The position numbers and the translations under genes are program-made. A stretch of DNA of 63,130 nt, the filler included, from Klebsormidium nitens (taxonomy: Eukaryota; Plantae; Klebsormidiophyceae): NCBI GenBank assembly GCA_000708835.1. It is 7 parts of 7 records of this genome, joined end to end, with 100 filler letters (N's around TTAATTAATTAA, not from the genome) between each part and the next. Parts side by side here need not be neighbours in the genome. Positions count along the whole stretch, not along the records: positions 1 to 29,080 come from DF237828.1; 6 more parts are not named here. One strand, given 5' to 3'. Shown here one piece after another: positions 11,611 to 21,633 of this stretch (the first letter of the stretch is position 1; each line of letters opens with the position of its first letter). The notes beneath the pieces were generated by a model, which worked only from the letters and a program-made list of their open reading frames with translations, was not told the DNA's origin and made no database searches.

Positions 11611-14600
11611 CTCTCGGCCGTTGCCTTTCTTTCATCTAGCTCTGCGCTCGTAAGCAATCTGACGCCGATATAAGGTCTTCCTGACCCGGAACCGTTCTGC
11701 TTGGGTACCTTGGGATGCTTCTCATCCGTAGTAATATTATGACCCTTTAGGGCCTTCGTAATTGCGTGCGTGGTCATTCTAGGGTCGTCACACGATGACA
11801 TTTTATAGGCAGAACAGAAATCCCCCTGTACGATTACCTCGTTTGCTTTGACAAGGCAGTACTGTTCGAGGAAGGTGGATAGCGTATCATTCTCCTTCAG
11901 GTACTCGTTGCAAGCCTTTGTAAAGACTTGGGGTCTGGGCCAGAGCGCCTTTCGAATGTCACCTTTGGCTGTTCGTATCTTGTACCAGTCCCGTGCGCCC
12001 TCGAATGCGACTCGGATGACGTCCTCGATGCCTTCTTTCGATTCGAGATACATCTTCAGACCGACGTCTGCCCTTCGGTGGTGTGGAATGTTTGGGTTAT
12101 ACTCAGAGTCCTCCACGTATTGATTCAAGTACGGCTCTAGAACGATCCTCCGGAGAAGGCCCGCATTCACCTCTTCCACGGGGATACGAGGCTTATTGTT
12201 CGTCAGCAGAACCAGCTTGTGGGTCGGGATGAAATTCTTCATCTTCTCGAATAACTCTCGAGCCGATATCTTCCCCCCTCCCGTCTGCTCCTTGATCGTG
12301 GCTGCGTTGATGGTCTGGCCATCGTCCAATTCGTCCGCAAGGCCGAAGCGAACGCCTTTCAATTGAGCCAGATGGCTGCTTGCAGCACTCGCAGTGTCGT
12401 CTTTCGTCTTCATGAATATGTGCTTCGAGCAGATGATTGCATACTCGCCCCAAGCTGCGAGTATGGCCTGCTTCAAAGCTCCCTTCCCGTTCCCCCCCTC
12501 GCCCCACCAGAAATTGACGATCTCCTCGTCCGTATATCCGGACATACCGTACCCCAAATAAAGAATCTTCCAGCGCACGACATCCTCGTCGTTATTCGCG
12601 ATATCCAGCAGGAATTCCTTAAACTTGGATCGTGTTCCGGTAGGTTTGGCATGGTATTCGCCTCCTGCGACGAGGCTGCAGAGGTGCGACGGGTGCGGCT
12701 TCATGAGTTCGCCCGTGGGGATGTATCCGACACCGTTTTGAAAATTCACGAGCAATGGATTCTCGTTCATGTGCGACGACAGATCGGAGACGTAGAGGTC
12801 CGTTACGACGTAGTGAAGGCACTTCTTGACAATTGTCGGATCCTGCACGTTGAATCTAATCTCCGGGAGTATATTCCCTGCGAGCTGCTTGCATTCGTCC
12901 CTGAGGAGCTTGTTTTTTGGATCTTGCACGTGTTTTTGCAATGTCGCTTGATCGAGATCCTTGAGACCTGGATTCGATTCGCACAGCTTGTCAGCAAAGA
13001 GCTTCTTGAAAAGTACCACAAATTCCATCCCGTACCAGCTCAAGAGGGCACCCATCTGAGCCGCAAAGACGCTCAAGACCTTATTACATGTGTCCTCCAC
13101 CCAACCGCGGCCATCCCAGTAGAAAAAGGTCTTCCTATCTCCCGTATTCAATATGCGGCCTTCGATCTTGTAGATGTGGCTGAAGATCTTGGCCAGACCT
13201 GCAAAAGGCTCTCCATTTCCGTCCCTGGCGACTTCGGCAACAAAGGCGAGAAATTGGCTCTTACCTTGTTCCCGGTACTTCCTAAAGAGGTTCATCTGAT
13301 CCTGGGGGGAGACCGCTTCGTTGGTAGCGTCTTGGAGCCCAGCCTCTAGGGTCAGCTCGCCCAGCTTTCTTACCGGCTCGTGGGAACAAAGATCACCATG
13401 GCAGCGGTAGAATACGTCGCGCCCGCGCTTCAGGAGGTTGAAATTATTACTGCCGGAGTGTTCGCGTCCGAAGAAGCACGTCCTGGGCCCGGTTGTGCGG
13501 AAGCAGTAAAATGTACCATATAGACCGTGGGGGAGCGAGCTGCCGTACGTGCTCGACGAATCGTTCGCCTTCTCCTTTAACAGCTTCTGGAGCTCTCGCA
13601 CGAGCGAGCCATCTTGCAAAAATGGCACAGGCTTCGCACCCGCCGCAACCAACTCGACCGGCCTGGTTGGCTGGACCGGCTCATCTTCTGATGCTAGATT
13701 CTGGTCAACTTCGCCACAGCCGTCGACAGCGGGGCCCGGTGGGGCACTGTCCGGGACGGCGATCGAAGGGGCGGCACCAGTTGAGCGGCCTCGGTTGATA
13801 GTATCGACGAGCCACGCAGGCATAGCATGTGGAATTCCGTCGCCCTCAGGTGCCCAAGAGTAGCCGCAAGATTTACCGTGCTTACCCAGATACCGAGCAG
13901 GAGGTGCGTAAAGGAGACCTNNNNNNNNNNNNNNNNNNNNNNNNNNNNNNNNNNNNNNNNNNNNNNNNNNNNNNNNNNNNNNNNNNNNNNNNNNNNNNNN
14001 NNNNNNNNNNNNNNNNNNNNNNNNNNNNNNNNNNNNNNNNNNNNNNNNNNNNNNNNNNNNNNNNNNNNNNNNNNNNNNNNNNNNNNNNNNNNNNNNNNNN
14101 NNNNNNNNNNNNNNNNNNNNNNNNNNNNNNNNNNNNNNNNNNNNNNNNNNNNNNNNNNNNNNNNNNNNNNNNNNNNNNNNNNNNNNNNNNNNNNNNNNNN
14201 NNNNNNNNNNNNNNNNNNNNNNNNNNNNNNNNNNNNNNNNNNNNNNNNNNNNNNNNNNNNNNNNNNNNNNNNNNNNNNNNNNNNNNNNNNNNNNNNNNNN
14301 NNNNNNNNNNNNNNNNNNNNNNNNNNNNNNNNNNNNNNNNNNNNNNNNNNNNNNNNNNNNNNNNNNNNNNNNNNNNNNNNNNNNNNNNNNNNNNNNNNNN
14401 NNNNNNNNNNNNNNNNNNNNNNNNNNNNNNNNNNNNNNNNNNNNNNNNNNNNNNNNNNNNNNNNNNNNNNNNNNNNNNNNNNNNNNNNNNNNNNNNNNNN
14501 NNNNNNNNNNNNNNNNNNNNNNNNNNNNNNNNNNNNNNNNNNNNNNNNNNNNNNNNNNNNNNNNNNNNNNNNNNNNNNNNNNNNNNNNNNNNNNNNNNNN

Positions 14601-14905
14601 NNNNNNNNNNNNNNNNNNNNNNNNNNNNNNNNNNNNNNNNNNNNNNNNNNNNNNNNNNNNNNNNNNNNNNNNNNNNNNNNNNNNNNNNNNNNNNNNNNNN
14701 NNNNNNNNNNNNNNNNNNNNNNNNNNNNNNNNNNNNNNNNNNNNNNNNNNNNNNNNNNNNNNNNGGGGTCTGCGGCCGTTGGCCTGACGTCAGATCGAGC
14801 GCCCGGGGTCAAACCCTCAGGGTATTGTTGAGGAGCCTGGAGGCCTGACGCTGACAAGCTGGCGAATGTCACAGAGGAGCTGCAGGTGTTCATGGCGCTG
14901 AGCAT
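11568..14905 (-). CDS. Virus-type Prim-Pol + Zn-binding + D5_N + SF3 (D5-like) primase-helicase, copy A, intronless over sequenced part
   Basis: Open frame from the gap edge (13920) to 11568: Prim-Pol tail GLLYAPPARY..GYSW, C..G.EH.SNNF..Y.C....C, NFQNG (D5_N), Walker A WGEGGNGKG, Walker B FGLADELDDG, motif C LLTNNKP, RRIVLEPY. The N-terminus runs into the 13921-14764 gap; the start at 14905 is tentative. Confidence 0.9.
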
Positions 14906-15006
14906 GTTATACTCTAAGGTTCTGTGAGAAAAAAACGAGCGTCAGAAAAACGCGTGTACGCGGACGATAATCCGTAAATAATTTCTCAATTGAGACTACG
15001 ACTGAA

Positions 15007-15339
15007 ATGTCAGACACGATCAGCAACCTACCCACAAAGGGCACTTACGCAGAGGAGATATTTACCTGTGAGTGTCGGCACTGCTTGACGGCTCGGAAAT
15101 ACAAACTGCGGAATCCGGATGCTCAAAACCGTTCTATGGCCGAATACTATCAGCGAAACAAAGATACCCTCCTCCTTGATCAAGCATGGCTGCGATACAA
15201 ACGAGGCGTCAATCTCCATTTGAAGACGCTCAACAAGCTCAAACAAGCTGGCTTCCCCGTAGAAATGACCGCTGGTGCGCCAGCCTCTCCGCCTACAAAG
15301 AACGATCTAATGCACTTCGTCGCAGTCGAGGCCGCTTAG
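15007..15339 (+). CDS. Small virus-like hypothetical protein (CxCxxC, YYQRNKD motif)
   Basis: 110-aa ATG ORF whose end overlaps the end of the convergent recombinase ORF by 4 nt. The basic ..AEYYQRNKD.. segment resembles small virophage/NCLDV proteins. Confidence 0.6.
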   Translation: MSDTISNLPTKGTYAEEIFTCECRHCLTARKYKLRNPDAQNRSMAEYYQRNKDTLLLDQAWLRYKRGVNLHLKTLNKLKQAGFPVEMTAGAPASPPTKNDLMHFVAVEAA

Positions 15340-16099
15340 CTTTTTGGCTTTCTTTCGTACTCTCGCATTTGCGTGCCGATTGAATGGAGCATCCTAGACG
15401 CCACGTATTGCCTGTCCGCCAGGGAGGCGTCGTTCTGGTACCGGTCGGTGAGAAAAATGTGCCTCAAGTGGTTGATCGTTAGGTGCCGACCGTCAGAAAA
15501 TGGGATCTCGCGTATGAATTGCGTCAGGTACTCGTCGTTCATAGGCTCACCCAAGTTGCTGAGCAACGTCAGGAAATACGCTCGAGGTACGAGTTCTATC
15601 GAGCGCTTTATGTAACACGAGAGCCGCTTCGGCATCTCGAATCGTTGCTCCCCGTACTTCTTCGCCGTCTTGAACGACTTTAGAACGAGTACATAGGTCT
15701 CGGTGTCTCCAGACTCCTTCAACACGTTTCCGNNNNNNNNNNNNNNNNNNNNTAGTGCTTTTGGATCAAATCGATGATCCGATCCACATCATTTTTGATC
15801 CAATCTAGGGTGTCCGGCAGGGTATCGGCCGAACACAAGAGGCGATGGACCGCGTTCAAAGACTTGACATACTGAGCGCACGTACTTTCGGCTCTGCCCT
15901 CTCCCTCCAGCAATTTTGCATGGCACATGGCCGAGCCACAGTGAACGACTCTCACGTCATCATCCACAGCTGGTCCCTGCGTGGATATCATGAATATATG
16001 TATATATGAGATAGTATTTTCAGAATACTTCGAGTTCAAAACGACGTCCCCCTGACCATCATAACCCGAGCTCATGCTTTTCCAAGGGAGGCGGTTCAT
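15336..16099 (-). CDS. Tyrosine recombinase/integrase of virophage / Polinton-like-virus type (gap-interrupted)
   Basis: C-terminal catalytic set: GN...YVLVLKSFKTAKKYG (Lys), TINHLRHIF (HxxR), MLHSIGTQMREY (His...Tyr). N-terminal part EGRAESTCAQYVKSLNAVHRLL. The first catalytic Arg would lie in the N gap at 15733-15753. The start codon is uncertain. Confidence 0.8.
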
Positions 16100-16318
16100 G
16101 TTTTTAGGAGCGGCAGGGACACAAATATCGACTGATTCGGAGAAAAGTGCATTAGGTCGGATTTTAGAGACGCGGTATTTTCTGAAAATACCGATCCAGG
16201 GATTCTGGCAGATAAGGGGGCATGTTCGGCTTTAATAGTGCATTCGGCCTGACGATTGGTCGGGTACTGGGCATGATTTTAAGAGGTTCGAGACATTTAT
16301 CTGGAGTGCCTCCGGGCG

Positions 16319-16864
16319 ATGAATTTATATACCGAGGCCTACTGCATTTTTTCATTGCATTCGATTATGGAAGAGGACCAGCCTCTCGAAGAAGGTAAAC
16401 ACCGGCGTTCGTTTCGGGTTCTCAAAGCTCTTGACATGCAGTCCAGTGATCAAACCACGAGACTGAGTGAAACGCGGTTGGAGATCGATGCCCAAAAAGG
16501 GAGGGTGGTTCAGGCGGGTTCAAGAGCTGGATCTTCTCTATTTCGACTGCTCAAGACGGATTCTCGTAAGTCCGCAACCCTTCCCTACGCATGCAGCGTT
16601 CTGCTACAGGAAACGACGAGAAGCAGCAAGCACAAGCAGTTCGCATATTCCGTCTCTCTTCGTGCGTTACCTGAAAATCGGAGGCCAGAGGGAATGAAAT
16701 TCCAGGGAAGCTACCGAACGACGGCAACGAAACTGACACTCGAAGAATTTGATGCATTGTTATCAACAAGCCAAGCCGCGAGGTTGACAGCCAATGTCAA
16801 GGATACAAAGATGAGGCGTATTGCACTTACGAAGAAGAGTCGAATGCCAAGTCCTACTGCTTAA
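16319..16864 (+). CDS. Hypothetical protein (likely ATG 16367)
   Basis: 181-aa open frame tightly packed between the recombinase and the next ORF. No recognisable motif. Confidence 0.4.
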   Translation: MNLYTEAYCIFSLHSIMEEDQPLEEGKHRRSFRVLKALDMQSSDQTTRLSETRLEIDAQKGRVVQAGSRAGSSLFRLLKTDSRKSATLPYACSVLLQETTRSSKHKQFAYSVSLRALPENRRPEGMKFQGSYRTTATKLTLEEFDALLSTSQAARLTANVKDTKMRRIALTKKSRMPSPTA

Positions 16865-16926
16865 GTTCAGGTGACCCGTATTCGTACTCAGCGAGCGACT
16901 TTTCTTAAGCTTTTTTTAAGGTGCTG

Positions 16927-17403
16927 CTAGCCTCTGGCGCTGGCGGCAAGCCGGTGGTACGTTTTGCACTTTGCTGGATTGGCAAGCATGTCGAGCATCA
17001 AGTCATCCGAGATGAGGTACCGCAACTCAGCGACTTTTTTATCCATCGAATCTTCTTGCTTTTTACGCACATCATTGCAAGCTTCTATGCGTTTGCTGCT
17101 ATGCTCTGATCGTTTCAAAACACTCCCCCATTCGACTAAGAGGTCGTAGGGATCCTTACACCGATGCACAACGATTCCGGCTTTTTGCAAACCGCGGCAA
17201 ACTGCATTGACAAGATCCGACATCGAGTATAGGGGCAGAAGTCCCTTAATTCCTGCAACATCGCCTAATTTTAAAATCATATTGTGTGTGTGTTCCATTT
17301 CAAACGTGCGTTTGATCCTGTTGACAGATTTATCGAGGCAGTCTTGATAGAATTGCCGAATTTGATTCCTTGTTTTATTATGGGCTGTCAACATTTCTTG
17401 CAT
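16927..17403 (-). CDS. Giant-virus-like conserved hypothetical protein (DUF5759-like pattern)
   Basis: YQDCLDKSVNRIK...GLLPLYSMSDLVNAVCRGLQKAGIVV...LLVEW matches my recollection of the Y..iL....rIk...G.PlY......i...L...Gf.V....l.isW pattern of NCLDV proteins. Needs an HMM check. Confidence 0.6.
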   Translation of the reverse strand: MQEMLTAHNKTRNQIRQFYQDCLDKSVNRIKRTFEMEHTHNMILKLGDVAGIKGLLPLYSMSDLVNAVCRGLQKAGIVVHRCKDPYDLLVEWGSVLKRSEHSSKRIEACNDVRKKQEDSMDKKVAELRYLISDDLMLDMLANPAKCKTYHRLAASARG

Positions 17404-17459
17404 GTTACTCGTCTTAGATAGATGTATGAAAATTACAACTCGCTAAAGCGTGACCACCT

Positions 17460-17965
17460 CCAGCGTGTTCAGGGTGTTCAGAGATCTGCACAAACTATTT
17501 TGAGAGGGCGAGGAAGAGGGGTGGGTGAGAAGCGTGTTCATGGTTTCAGACATCTGCGCAAACTATTTCCACGTGGCGAGAAGTTAAGGCGCGCTCTTGC
17601 ACAGTAGAGTGTTTCCGCTGCTAGAGCCATTTCTGTGGTTTTCCAATTCAATGCTTAGAACTGGATGTGCGACCAACTGTATGTTTGAGAGAGCGATGCC
17701 GACTGTTTGCATCTGTTTTGATTACAGCATTTATTTTTTGTTGAAACCCTTGCTAAATTTTCTACAGTCTTGCATCTTGTGCGCCTTACGGCGCAAAACT
17801 GAGCAAGTCAAGTATGATGAGTCAGCTTTAAACGTCCAAAAGAAATCTGCACGAACATTGTCGCCGGTGCAGCGCGGTGGCGCCGCGTCATCTGAAAAGG
17901 GTTTGGTCAAAACCTTGAACATATTGAACATCTAGACTAGCCCCAAGTTAGCCTAGCCTAGTTGC
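17460..17965. repeat. TGTTCA-motif copies plus a ~350-bp block homologous to 28060-28425
   Basis: Forward motifs at 17464 and 17535. From 17610, ttccgct..agagccatttctg, tgcttagaac.gatgtgc.acc and tttggtcaa.accttgaaca..tgaacat.ctaga..agccc...gttagcctagcct are shared with 28060-28425. Confidence 0.85.
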
Positions 17966-18272
17966 CGGGTGGTTCCCACCGTTTTCGACGGCGCTAGTTA
18001 CAAAGTTCCGTGATGCGGCCGGGGGGACACGTGGCGGCTGATTCTGTGGTAAACTCCACTTCGTTTGCTCCAGCAGCCCGTTTGCTTGGTTTGCTGGCAG
18101 CATTTGACGTTGTTTACAAAATACCATTGGCCAATCATATTAAAGCAGTCATAAATCCAATACGAGTCATTGGTTTGGCTAACTCGGCAAAACTCGACAG
18201 CAGTGCTTACAGCCGACCCATCAATTGAGAAGGCATCCATCACATCTCTCTTTCGTCTCTACAGGTGGTTTT

Positions 18273-20216
18273 ATGGCGCCTATCATCCGTCAGTTGCTGC
18301 TCTTTCCCTTGTGCATATCAATGCTTCTCGCTTTTGAGAGCTTCAGGCCGGTGACAGCCCAGTTTTCACTTGATTCGGAGACCCTCCGAACCAGGTACAA
18401 GAAGGAATGGGACCTAGTATCTTCTCTTGGTGATGAAGCTGCCTTTGCTTCATATGATGGAACGCAGACAAACGAAGCAAGGGTGTTGACCCATATTACA
18501 GGAACTTGGGATTCAGGCGGGCTCAATGACTGGCTATGGGCACGGGTTTCGAACTTGAGTGCGAACTCCAAGCATGTCGTAACTTCCACTTTTCAGGGGN
18601 NNNNNNNNNNNNNNNNNNNNNNNNNNNNNNNNNNNNNNNNNNNNNNNNNNNNNNNNNNNNNNNNNNNNNNNNNNNNNNNNNNNNNNNNNNNNNNNNNNNN
18701 NNNNNNNNNNNNNNNNNNNNNNNNNNNNNNNNNNNNNNNNNNNNNNNNNNNNNNNNNNNNNNNNNNNNNNNNNNNNNNNNNNNNNNNNNNNNNNNNNNNN
18801 NNNNNNNNNNNNNNNNNNNNNNNNNNNNNNNNNNNNNNNNNNNNNNNNNNNNNNNNNNNNNNNNNNNNNNNNNNNNNNNNNNNNNNNNNNNNNNNNNNNN
18901 NNNNNNNNNNNNNNNNNNNNNNNNNNNNNNNNNNNNNNNNNNNNNNNNNNNNNNNNNNNNNNNNNNNNNNNNNNNNNNNNNNNNNNNNNNNNNNNNNNNN
19001 NNNNNNNNNNNNNNNNNNNNNNNNNNNNNNNNNNNNNNNNNNNNNNNNNNNNNNNNNNNNNNNNNNNNNNNNNNNNNNNNNNNNNNNNNNNNNNNNNNNN
19101 NNNNNNNNNNNNCAGCACATTCTGATTAACACTCGTGGACAGTCTTTTCTCTGCTCACCGGGGATAGCCATTGGGAGTTATACGCACTTTCCTTATAGTG
19201 AGGTTGTTATTAATGGCACCAAGAAGATTGCTTTTAACGAGGCCTTTGACCTTGAGAATCTACCTCCAAGCAATGTATCAGACTGTTTGACCGCCGCACC
19301 AGTTGGGGTAAATGTTGCTTCAGCTGTTGCGCAGCGGCAAAATTTGATTGAGACGGCAGAGTCTACTGTCAATGGACTTATGACATTCTTTGGAGAAAAC
19401 TTTTGGAAGAATCTCCTCACGCTCAATAGTCGCGTTGGGGAATGCCAGGTGTTTGGATATGGTGACAATCCGGAAGCTTGGAGTACTCCTATATCCCTAG
19501 GGTTCAAAACCCCAGGATCGCAGCTGTGTGAAAACCCAATTGGTGAACTCCTAAACCTTTATGTAAATGGTACTCCGGGGACTTTATCGGGATTACAGGT
19601 TTTTGCTGCAAGCGAATTCAATGACTTATTCCACGTGATCCACGAGAGGCGTCTTAGGGGATGGGTTGAACAACAAAGTGCAAGGGTACAACAAAGGGTT
19701 CAATTGACTTACCCCACTGCTTCCTCCACTGAGATCTCTTTGGCTATAGTGACTGTTCTCACCGCCCTCTTTGCTGGAGACTGGGTGCAGACGTCCATTC
19801 ATAAGTTTGCAAACGATTTAAGTCATAAGTGGAATATTCAGGGTATCCGGAGGATGTTCCTAATATGGACATTTGTTGGAGTAGCAGAGCTAGGCGAAGT
19901 GGGTATCGAAGTTTGGCCCCTTGTAGGCTTGGCCTATCGTGAGTACAAGGCCAGCAGGGTCGTGGATGTCTCCTGCGACATTGGAGCTGAGACGTCTGCC
20001 GAATCTCGGGTATACAATCAGTTTGTGGGAACATTGTCTGTTATCTGTTCCTTGGTCTCATATACCCGTACAAGATTCATTGCTATACTAATTGCAACTG
20101 TGTTCTTGGTTAGCGCTAGCTTGGCTTTGGCTGCTTGGAGGATCTTGCACATCAAGAAAACATTGAGTACGATTGGTTCGCAGAGCAAACCGGAGTTGGG
20201 CTTTGAAAGCTTATAA
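18273..20216 (+). CDS. Orphan membrane protein: signal peptide, large extracellular part, ~3 C-terminal TM helices
   Basis: The same frame is open on both sides of the 18600-19112 gap. Hydrophobic N-terminus MAPIIRQLLLFPLCISMLLAF; hydrophobic segments EISLAIVTVLTALFAG, MFLIWTFVGVAELG and FIAILIATVFLVSASLALAAW. A possible 5'-UTR acceptor precedes the ATG. Confidence 0.7.
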   Translation: MAPIIRQLLLFPLCISMLLAFESFRPVTAQFSLDSETLRTRYKKEWDLVSSLGDEAAFASYDGTQTNEARVLTHITGTWDSGGLNDWLWARVSNLSANSKHVVTSTFQGXXXXXXXXXXXXXXXXXXXXXXXXXXXXXXXXXXXXXXXXXXXXXXXXXXXXXXXXXXXXXXXXXXXXXXXXXXXXXXXXXXXXXXXXXXXXXXXXXXXXXXXXXXXXXXXXXXXXXXXXXXXXXXXXXXXXXXXXXXXXXXXXXXXXXXXXXXXXXXXXXXXXXXXXXXXQHILINTRGQSFLCSPGIAIGSYTHFPYSEVVINGTKKIAFNEAFDLENLPPSNVSDCLTAAPVGVNVASAVAQRQNLIETAESTVNGLMTFFGENFWKNLLTLNSRVGECQVFGYGDNPEAWSTPISLGFKTPGSQLCENPIGELLNLYVNGTPGTLSGLQVFAASEFNDLFHVIHERRLRGWVEQQSARVQQRVQLTYPTASSTEISLAIVTVLTALFAGDWVQTSIHKFANDLSHKWNIQGIRRMFLIWTFVGVAELGEVGIEVWPLVGLAYREYKASRVVDVSCDIGAETSAESRVYNQFVGTLSVICSLVSYTRTRFIAILIATVFLVSASLALAAWRILHIKKTLSTIGSQSKPELGFESL

Positions 20217-20874
20217 GAGAGGGACACATGGCAATCCAGCATTATCCATCCTGCAATGGAAGATGCAACAGTATGTGCTATTTACAATGGTCTCATACAT
20301 ATAGTTAAACACTTATTCGAGATTTCAGAGATTGTGGACAGCATATTGGGCTAGTGGGAAAGGACGGAGATCGGATGATTACAACCCTTTTCAGAGTAAA
20401 TTGGTACAACCTCATTTTGCTACGTCGTTTTCGTTACTGTTCGCCTTCAATTCCATTCTCTTGAGTCTCAATGAGCATGTCAAAAACTCATTGCTGATGA
20501 CACAATAGCTTTCAATGCAAAGCCATCTATACTTGCAGGGGTACGTACATTTTGTGACTATCTCTTCAAGCACTTCTCTGGTGACTCGAGCATAATCTTA
20601 AAAAAGCTGACAGAGGGAGGCCAAGCTCCTGCACTAGTTGGACGTCATATTTGGGTACTGCTGCCGCTATGCAAAGGATGAAGAGTGGGAAAAGTTGAGG
20701 CGGGTGTTAAGGTAAATAAGTACAGGCGAGACGTTGATTCCTCAAGGAGGCTTGTGATATCATAGCAAGACGCTACCTGGAGCACTCACATAGCTCCTGG
20801 AGCGGTTGCAGCTAGAGTACCAGCACGCTTCAAAGAGTTGGCACATGAGCATAACACGGTGACGGTTGTGAATT

Positions 20875-21500
20875 TCCCCAGCGTTCAAACATCTCGCAGA
20901 CTATTCGCAAAGGCCGGAGCCGGTGTAGAGGTGGAGGTGTTTAGACATCTGCGCAAACTATTTCGAGAGGCTAAACAAAAGGGAGGCCGGTTTATACAAC
21001 GGAAGGCGTGTTCAGGGCATTTGGGCTTCTGCCAAGACTATTTCCAAGTGGCGAAGAATATTAAGAGGCGACTTTTGCACGGAGGCATGCTCGTTTAGGC
21101 TTGTGCGCAAACTATTTCCACGTGGCAAAAGTCAAGAGTGGGGCTCCGGTCTTGGACAATGGAAATCGTGTTCAGGATGTTCAGGTTTGTGCGCAAAGTA
21201 TTTCCACGTGGTGATAAGTTAAGGGCCGCTCTTGCACAGCAACATGCGTGTTCAGGAAGTTCAAGCTTTTGGAAAAATTAATTTAGGAGCCAAGGAGAGG
21301 GGCCGGTCTTGCACCGTAGCATGCATGTTCATGATGTTCAAGCTTTTGGACAAACTAATCTTGGAGCCAAGAAGAGGGCCGGCCTTGCACGTGGTCAAGC
21401 CCGTTCACAAATCCGTACAAAACTGGCAAACAAGTGGGGCGGTTTTGCATGAAGGCATGTTCAGGATGTTCAGACATTTGAACAAACATTTTTCAGATGC
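20875..21500 (+). repeat. Direct array of ~70-80 bp units each carrying one forward TGTTCA-motif
   Basis: Examples: 21169 cgtgttcaggatgttcaggtttgtgcgcaaagtatttcc; 21246; 21325 catgttcatgatgttcaagcttttggacaaacta; 21458. Units are separated by ...tcttgcac. Confidence 0.9.
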
Positions 21501-21633
21501 CATGGCACGTTGCAAATTCATGTTAATAGTGGATGACTTGCAAAAACGTAGATGGGATATTTACGGCCAATCATCTGTACATTTATATACAAATCTGCAT
21601 CCTCGTACCACTGCCTAAAGATCAACTAACGGT

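Noticed and set aside
11848-13863. Plus-strand ORFs (e.g. 12363-13349, 328 aa) opposite primase A; similar shadows opposite primase B, the kinase (55542-56921) and Copia
   Set aside because: These are antisense shadows of well-supported genes in GC-rich coding DNA and have no motifs of their own.
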